Shown one piece after another: positions 56,877-64,000 of a DNA stretch of 64,000 bases (the stretch's first letter is position 1; each line of letters opens with the position of its first letter). The notes beneath the pieces are model-generated. The model worked only from the letters and a program-made list of their open reading frames with translations. It did no database searches and was not told where the DNA came from. The stretch is from an uncultured Acidobacteriota bacterium (GTDB lineage Bacteria; Acidobacteriota; Thermoanaerobaculia; UBA5066). The stretch spans positions 224,001 through 288,000 of the forward strand of contig CAVZYA010000002.1 of assembly GCA_963779415.1 (NCBI GenBank), given 5' to 3'. A program made the translations under genes and the position numbers.

Positions 56877-59800
56877 ATGCGGCACCGGGCCATTCTTGCG
56901 ATCCTCGCTCTGGCGCTCGCCGTCCGCATCTTCGGCATCGACTTCGACGCCCATCATTTCTTCCACCCCGACGAGCGGGCGATCGCGGACGCCGATTCTC
57001 CGGCTCTCCTTCCATCCTCTTCATCTCGACCCCGGGTTCTTCGCCTACGGCTCCTTCCCCTTCTACGTCACGAAGGCGGCCACCTCGTCGCTCTCGCTCC
57101 TCGGACGCTGGTTCGCGAGCTACGACGGGACGATTCTCGTGGGTCGGCTCCTTTCGGTCCTCTGGGGGACGGCCACGGTCCTTCTCCTCGTCCTCGTCAC
57201 GCGCCGGCGATACGGGGAGCGCGCCGGCCTTCTCGCCGGCCTCCTCCTCGCCCTCGCCGTCCTCCACATCCAGAACTCGCACTTCGCGACGAACGACGTC
57301 GCGCTCGTTTTCCTGATTCTCCTCGCGCTCGCTCTCTTCGCCCGGTACTCGGAGGAGGGACGAGCGGCCCACCTTCTTTCCGGCGCGGCCGTCGCGGGGC
57401 TTGCTCTCGCGACGAAGATGAGCGCGGCGCCGCTCGTCCTCCCGGCCGCCGCGGCGCTCCTCCTCCGCCTTCGGACCGACCGCAGGCCGGGACGCGCGGC
57501 CCTCCTCGCCCTCGGCGCCGGGGCCATCGCGCTCGCCGCCTTCGCTCTCGGCCAGCCGTACGCCCTCCTCGACTTCGCCCGCTTCTCGCACGACGTCCTC
57601 GAGCAGAGCCGGATGGTCCGGCACGCCGGCCTGCTCCCCTACACGAACCAGTACATCGGAACGCCGGCGCCTCCTCTACGAGACGAAGGAGCTGGTCCTC
57701 TGGGGCGCGGGCCCCTTCCTCGGCCTCGCGGCGATCTGGGGCGTCCTCCGGCTTCTCCGCAGGGTCCGGAGGCTCACCCCGTTCGAGATCGTCGTCCTCT
57801 CGTGGGCCGTCCCGTACCTCCTCGTCACCGTCTCCTTCGAGGTGAGGTACCCGCGCTACCTCCTGCCGCTCTATCCGCTCCTCGCCCTCTCGGCGGCCGC
57901 GGCGCTCACGGCCGCCGCCGAAAGGAGCCGTGCAGGCCGCTTCCTTCGCGGTGCGGTCGTCGCGGGGACGGCGCTCTGGGCCGCGGCGTTCCTCGTCGAT
58001 CTACGCCCGCCCCTTCACCCCCGTCGCCGCTTCGCGCTGGCTCTACGAGAACGTCCCGCCGGGAACGGCGATCGTGACGGAGCACTGGGACGAGGGCTTC
58101 CCGATGCCGCTCCCGGGCTTCTCGCCGGAGCGCTACCGGAACGTCGAGTTTCCCTACTACGACGACGACTCCCCCGCGAAGATCACGAAGTTCGCCAAGG
58201 TCATCGCGTCGTCCGAGTGGGTCATCTTTCCGACGAAGCGTCTCTACGGCGCCGTCACGCAGGCGAGCGGGAAGTTCCCGCTCACCGACAAGGCGCTCCG
58301 CCTCCTCTTCGCGGGGGATCTCGGCTACGCCCTCGCGAAGGATTTCACGTCGCGCCCGTCGCTCTTCGGGATCTCCTTTCCGGACGAGCTGGCCGACGAG
58401 TCCTTCTCCGTCTACGACCATCCGAAGGTCCTCTTCTTCGAGAACCGCGGCCGGCTCCCCGCGGAGGAGATCGAGCGGAAGATCCTGACCGGTCTCCCGT
58501 CGAAGCCGGTCTCCCGCCGCGCGATTCTCCTCGCCCGCGCCGGCGGAGCGGTCGGCGCGACGTTTCCCGGCGGCCTCGGGACCATGAGGAGCGGCGTCCT
58601 CGCGACGCTTCTCGTCCTCCTTCTCGCCGAGGCGCTCGGCCTCGCGGCCTGGGCGCTCCTCGCCGGAGCGATCGGGGCGCGACCGGGAATCTATTCGCTG
58701 GCGAAAATTCTCGGGCCGCTCCTCTTCGCGTTCGTCCCGTGGCTGCTCGTTTCGCTCCACGTCGTCCGGTTCGAGCCGACGACTCTTCTCGCCTCCGCCG
58801 CCCTCCTCCTTCTCCTCGGGGCCGCCGTGAAGAGGAGGCGCGCTCTCGGGTGGCCGGAGGACTTCTTCCGGACGGACGCCGTCTTCGCCGCGGCCTTCTT
58901 CTTCTTCCTCTTCGTCCGCTCCCTGAACCCGGAGATCTACTGGGGCGAGAAGCCGATGGACTTCTCGTTCCTGAACGCGCTCTACCGGTCGACGACTCTG
59001 CCGCCCCCCGAGCCGTGGCTCTCCGGGACCTCGCTCTCCTACACGTACTTCGGCCATTTCTTCGTCGCGGCGTTCGGCAAGGCGCTCGGCGTCGTCCCGG
59101 GCGTCATGTTCAACGTCGGCATCGCCCTCGCCGCCGGCCTCACGGCCGCCGCTCTCTACGCCGCGGGGACGATTCTCGCGGGGGGACGCGCCGGCCTCTT
59201 CGCCGTCGCGCTCGGCCTCTTCGCCGGAAACCTCTCGGGGCTCTTCCTTCTCCTTCACCGGCGAGCCGGTCTGTGGGAAGTTTTCTGGGACAGCTCGCGG
59301 GTCATCAAGGAGACGATCAACGAGTACCCGCTCTGGACGTTTCTCTTCGCCGACCTCCACGCGCACGCCCTCGTGATGCCCTTCACGGCCGGCTTCGTGG
59401 CGCTGCTCCTACTTCTCGTCAGGACGAAGGAGGAGCTTTCGACCGGTGCCCGGGCGGCGCTCCTCGTCGTCGGGGGGCTCCTTCTCGGAACGATCCAGGT
59501 GACGAACGGCTGGAGCATCCCGACCTACGTCGGCCTCCTCGGCGCGCTGCTCTTCCTCTCCTGGTTCTGGGCGGAGCGGGGGGGCTCCCTTGGCCGCCTC
59601 GTCACGCGTTTCGGATCGGGCGTCATCGTTCCGGCCGCGGCAATGCTCGCGGTGGCGTGGCTTCTCTACCGCCCCTTCTGGGCCCACTTCACGCCGCCGC
59701 CCCGGCAGTGGGGGCTGGAGGTCGGGCCGTATGCGCGCCCGCTCCCCTTCCTCGAGATCTGGGGGCTCTTCCTCGCCGCCGCCGTACCGTTCCTCCTCGC

Positions 59801-61568
59801 CTCTCTCCGGCCTCTCGCGCGCTTCCTCCTCGGCGCGGCGCTCGTCGCCGCTCTTCTCTTCCGCGCGGGAAACCCCGCGTCGGCTCCGATCCGGACCTTC
59901 GCCGTCGTCCTCTTCGCGACCGGCCTCGTCGTGGCGCTCCGGCGCGCGACGAAGGAAGAAGACCGCCTTCCCGCCGCTTTGATCGCCTTCTCCGCCGCCG
60001 TCTGGGCCGGATGCGAAACGGTCTTCGTCTGGGACCGGATGAACACGCTCTTCAAGTTCTACCTGGAGACCTGGTTCCTCCTGTCGATCGGATGCGCCGC
60101 CGTCCTCGCGCGTCTCTTCTCAGGAACCGAAGAACCCGGGCGGCGCACTCGAAAAGTTTTCGTCCTCGCCGCCGGTTCGCTCGCCGCCCTGACGACGATC
60201 GTGGCCACCGCCGGCGCCCTCGCCATCAACCGCGTGGACGGCCCGCGCGGAACGCTCGACGGGACGGCGTACCTCGACCGCTGGGACCCCGTGGAGCGGG
60301 CCGCCTTCGACTGGATCAACCGGACCGTCCCCGGCCTCCCCGTCCTCTGCGAGGCGTGGGGGCCGTCCTACGGCGAGTTCGGGCGCGTCTCGATGAACAC
60401 GGGGCTCCCCGTCGTCATCGGCTGGGACTATCACGTCCAGCAGCGCGGCCACTCCCGCGCCGAGGTCGAGCGGCGGAAGGCGGACCTCGCCGCGATCTTC
60501 CGCTCCCCCGAGCGGGAGCGCGTCGAGGGGCTTCTCGCGCGTTACCACGTGGCTCTCGTCTACTTCGGCCCTCTGGAGCTTCAGACATACGGCCCGGCCA
60601 GCCTCTCGCGCTTCCGGGAGTGGACTTCCCTTCTCTCGCCCGTCTACCAGAACCCCGCCGTGACGATCTTCGCCGTGAAGGGGGGCTTCGCCGGGGAGAC
60701 TCCCGCCATGACGGTGGAGCGGGTCGTCGAGGTGACGAGCGAGCCCGCCGAGGCGCGTACCGAGGAGCCTCGCCCTCCGCAGGAACCGCCCGGCAAGCTC
60801 GGCCAGCCGCGCGGCCTCGCCCGCGATTCCGCCGGGAACATCTACGTCGCCGACTTCGTCAACAACCGGATCCAGAAGTTCGACGCGATGCTCGATCCGC
60901 TCCTTCAGTGGGGGCGGCGCGGGAGCGCGCCGGGCGAGTTCAAGGACCCGTGCGCCGTGGCGGTGGACGCGGCCGGGCACGTCCTCGTCGCCGACACGTG
61001 GAACTCGCGGATCCAGGTTTTCGACGCGGTGGGAAGGTACCTGCGCGAGTGGAACCACGGCTTTTTCGCGCCGCGCGGAGTCGCCGTCGACCCGAAGGGA
61101 TCCGTCTTCGTCGCCGACACGGGGAACAGCCGGATCGTCCGGTCGAGCGCCGACGGGGTGAAGGAGGCCGCGTGGGGTGAACGGGGGAGCGGGCCGGGAC
61201 AGCTCTTCGAGCCGCAGGGAATCGCCGTCGACGAGAAGGGGGAGATCTGGGTCTGCGACAACGGGAACGCCCGGCTCGTCGCCTTCGACCGCGACGGCCG
61301 GCTCCTCCGGACGATTCCGGTCCCCGGCTGGAAGCGCGATGTCTTCTCCGAGCCCTACGTCGCCCCGGCGCCGGGTGGGATCCTCTGGGTGACCGTCCCG
61401 CTCGACCACGAGGTCCGGGCCTATTCCGAAGACGGAAAGCTTCTGACGACCCTTCGCCCTTCGCCGGCCGCCCTCTTCGACAAGCCGGTCGGCATCGTCC
61501 TTCTTCCCGCAGGGAAGCTTCTCGTCTCCGACATCGAGAACCGGCTCGTCGTCCTGGACCGGCCGTGA
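56877..61568 (+). CDS. Large fusion: GT39/PMT-like domain + DUF2298 (Chlor_Arch_YYY) + NHL-repeat propeller; frameshifts near 56990, 57670, 57995
   Basis: FHPDER, FFAYGSFP, PYT.QY, EHWDE, DESFSVYDHP, GEKPMDF, SYTYFG, INEYP..TFLFADLHAH, RMNTLFKFY, TLDG, GLP.VIGW..H..Q.R; NHL repeats (P.G.A.D..G..YVAD..N.RI). Confidence 0.85.
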
Positions 61569-62605
61569 CGCCGGACGGCCCCGCGCCCTGCGGCGACTTT
61601 CGCCCCGCCTGGTGGCTCCCCGGGCCGCATCCGCAGTCGATGTGGGGCCGCCTCGCGCGGCCGAGGCGGCTCGTCTCTTTCCGGCGCGAGATCGTCCCGA
61701 CGCCCGACGGCGACGACCTCGTCCTCGATCACGTGGACGCCCCGGACGGCGCGCCGCGGCTCCTCATCCTCCACGGACTCGAAGGGAGTTCTTACTCGGT
61801 CTACGTTCAGGGGCTCGCCGCAGTGGCGCGCCGGACCGGCTTTGCAGTCACCGTTCTCAACTTCCGCTCCTGCGCGCGTCCCCCCGACGACCTCGGCACG
61901 ATGCTTCCGAACAAGCGGCCCGCGCTTCTACCACTCCGGTGAGACGGGCGATGCCGACTTCGTCATTCGGCGGCTTCACCAGCGCGCGCCCAAAACGCCG
62001 CTCGTCGCGGCCGGGGCATCGCTCGGCGGGAACGTCCTCTTGAAGTGGCTCGGCGAGAATTCGGGCCAGACGCCTCGTCAAGGCGGCGGCCACGATGTCG
62101 GTCCCGTACGACCTCGCGGCCGGTGCGCGCTTCCTCGAAAAGGGGGCCGGGCCCTTCTATGTCACCGTCTTTCTCCGGACGCTGAAAGCCAAGGTGAAGG
62201 ACCTCGTCGCGCGCTTTCCCGAGGCACAGGAGCGTGTCGATCTCGACCGGACCCTCGCCTCAAAGACCTTCTGGGACTTCGACGACGCGGCCACCGGCCC
62301 CCTCCACGGCTTCGCCGGAGCGGACGATTACTACACCCGTCCAGCTCCATCTCCTTCGTCGGGAAGATCAGGACCCCGGCCCTCTGCATCAGCGCCGCAG
62401 ACGACCCCTTCGTCCCGGCCGAGGTCCTTGCGAGGGTTCGAACCGCCGCGTCTCCGCTGTCACCTGCCTCTTCACCGAGAAGGGAGGACATGTCGGCTTC
62501 GTCGCTGGCGACTCACCGAAGAAAGCCTTCTACTGGGCCGAGCAGACCATCGTCCAGTGGCTGGCGGGGAAGGTCTCGCGGACACCGGACCCGTCCGGCG
62601 TCTGA
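61565..62605 (+). CDS. YheT-family alpha/beta hydrolase; several frameshifts
   Basis: H.Q..WG, PDGD.L.LD, HGLEGS..S.Y, YHSGET.D, GASLGG, DDPF, GGHVGF. Confidence 0.85.
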
Positions 62606-62746
62606 CCCCGGCGGCGCCGCGCCATGTCGCGGCCTCGATGTGACCACGCCAGGATCTCGGACCCGCCCCGGATCTCCACGTCCTGGCAGCCTAGCTCTGT
62701 GGGTACTAGGCCGCAGTCACTGCAGCCTAAGCACATTTCTCCCCTG

Positions 62747-62766
62747 CGGCCGAATACGAGTTCGGC
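62747..62766 (+). mobile_element. attI-like or secondary integron recombination junction (G|TTCGGC at 62760/62761)
   Basis: GCCGAAT-ACGA-GTTCGGC; GTTCGGC is the exact complement of the R'' box of the downstream attC. Confidence 0.55.
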
Positions 62767-62846
62767 GGCCTGGCGATTAAGATGTCCAGCCGTCCGAAGG
62801 TCGATCGATGGCACAGGTCGAGCGGACAGGGCGAGGAGGTAGACGA

Positions 62847-63365
62847 ATGACATTATGGGCTGTCATTGCGTTCTCCGGGATGTTCTTAGGCCTTCAGACC
62901 GTCCCGGGACAGGTACCCGACCGCGTCATCTTGGACGCAACGTTCCGAGGGCAAGAGATCGGTTTCGACTTCGTACGTCTCCAATGCATGCGAATTCCCG
63001 AGGGAGCGGAGTCGCCGAGTTGTTGGCTGGACGAGACACTTCTGATGGGATGTGATTCGGGGACCGCAGAGGTTTTTCCACGCCACACCTCCACCCAAGA
63101 TCTGGAGATCAGGGGCAGCCTGCTGAAGCGCGAGATCATTGTGGAGATCCAAGGCGCCGGGACCCGAACAGCCTTCCGGTTCAACTACTTCCCAGCTCCG
63201 AATGGCAGCTCGGCGTACATCTTAACTGACGCTACGATGACTCATCATGACAGCGTCACCAAACGCGATTTCGAGCTGCAAGCTTTGAAGGGGAGGGACA
63301 CTACGATCAAGCTTCCATGCGCTATCAAAGCTCACGGGCTTTGGGACCGCCGCGACCTACCGTGA
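62847..63365 (+). CDS. Cassette-borne secreted hypothetical protein with 4 Cys
   Basis: GAGGAGG RBS, hydrophobic N-terminus, low GC and atypical codon use. Confidence 0.7.
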   Translation: MTLWAVIAFSGMFLGLQTVPGQVPDRVILDATFRGQEIGFDFVRLQCMRIPEGAESPSCWLDETLLMGCDSGTAEVFPRHTSTQDLEIRGSLLKREIIVEIQGAGTRTAFRFNYFPAPNGSSAYILTDATMTHHDSVTKRDFELQALKGRDTTIKLPCAIKAHGLWDRRDLP

Positions 63366-63449
63366 GACGGCCAGCTTGGCGCTCCCTTCAGTCTGGTATC
63401 TCGCCGGTGGCCATCGGCTGCTCGTTCAGCCGATACATATGGACGGGCG

Positions 63450-63510
63450 GCCGAACCCGCGGCTGCAGCGGGCGCGCATGCGCGCGCCACTGAGCCTGAT
63501 ATCGTTAGCC
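63450..63510 (+). mobile_element. Integron attC site (61 bp)
   Basis: R'' GCCGAAC, L'' GCTGCAGC, central palindrome GGCGCGC-ATGC-GCGCGCC, L' ACTGAGC, R' GTTAGCC; next ATG 4 nt later. Confidence 0.82.
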
Positions 63511-63514
63511 AGCC

Positions 63515-64000
63515 ATGAGTGTGAAGAGGGCGCTTCTTTGCTGTCGTACTTTGCTCGCTCGTTTCTGTCGACCTGTTCCCGCGGCCCGAAGGCCGGACGA
63601 TACCGTGAAACGAAAGGGCGAGCCGGATATGACTTACGTGGCGGCGGAAGATGCCGCCATGAACGCCTCAATCAAAAAGGCACGAGCCACGCTTCCAGCG
63701 TTCAAGGCAGCACTGCTGTCGCGCAAGGCCGAAATGAGTATCTTCGCCGTCAAGGTCGCCTTCACATATGGTCGCGGACAGTCAGGAGCACATCTGGTTA
63801 ACCGAACCCTCCTTCGCGTCTGGTCGTGTTTCCGGTGTCGTCAACAACGAGCCCGTGGACGCCACTTTCCTCAAACTCGGCCAGCGCGTCTCCGCCCCTG
63901 AGGCAGACATCTCAGACTGGATGTTTGTTGAATCTGGCGTACTGCGGGGTGGCTACACGCTACGAGTTCTCCTGGATCGACTTCCACCGCCTGAACGGGA
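63515..64000 (+). CDS. DUF2314/YegJ-family protein, second cassette; frameshifted, runs off the window
   Basis: D..M.....KARATL..F, F.VKV.F, EHIWL, G...NEP, ISDWMF...G.L.GGYT. Confidence 0.82.

Overview
GC-rich bacterial chromosome segment (a core-gene line counted by hand is 45/60 GC). The gene content (Hfq-like LSm protein, Ser/Thr kinase-PD40 fusion, MacAB-like permeases, DUF2298/GT-C clusters) suggests Acidobacteriota, but that is inference. Many genes, including purD and metH, carry 1-nt frameshifts that look like long-read consensus errors. From left to right: MacAB-like exporter; two tRNA-Ser genes downstream of serS-mscS; a GT2/GT4/priming-transferase polysaccharide operon; cupin, SnoaL and sphingomyelin-synthase-like genes; DinB, amidohydrolase, a glycoside hydrolase and an M20 peptidase; an hfq-like/ricT pair; pgi; purD; a TPR plus secreted protein pair; yitJ-metH; a kinase; an MRJP-like protein; a sugar-salvage operon (NTP transferase, sugar kinase, SSS, GH36-like); a serine hydrolase; a LiaF-LytS-LytTR module with a 21-bp-period operator; an SDR; a 12.6-kb UbiA/GT-C/PA14/SGNH/DUF2298-NHL envelope-glycosylation cluster; a YheT-like hydrolase. 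The last 1.3 kb is a low-GC integron-type cassette array with an attI-like junction and an attC but no adjacent integrase. Best leads: the integrase-less cassette array, the GT-C cluster with an internal, separately promoted lipoprotein, and an in-frame fusion of a small SSS accessory membrane protein to a secreted glycosidase.
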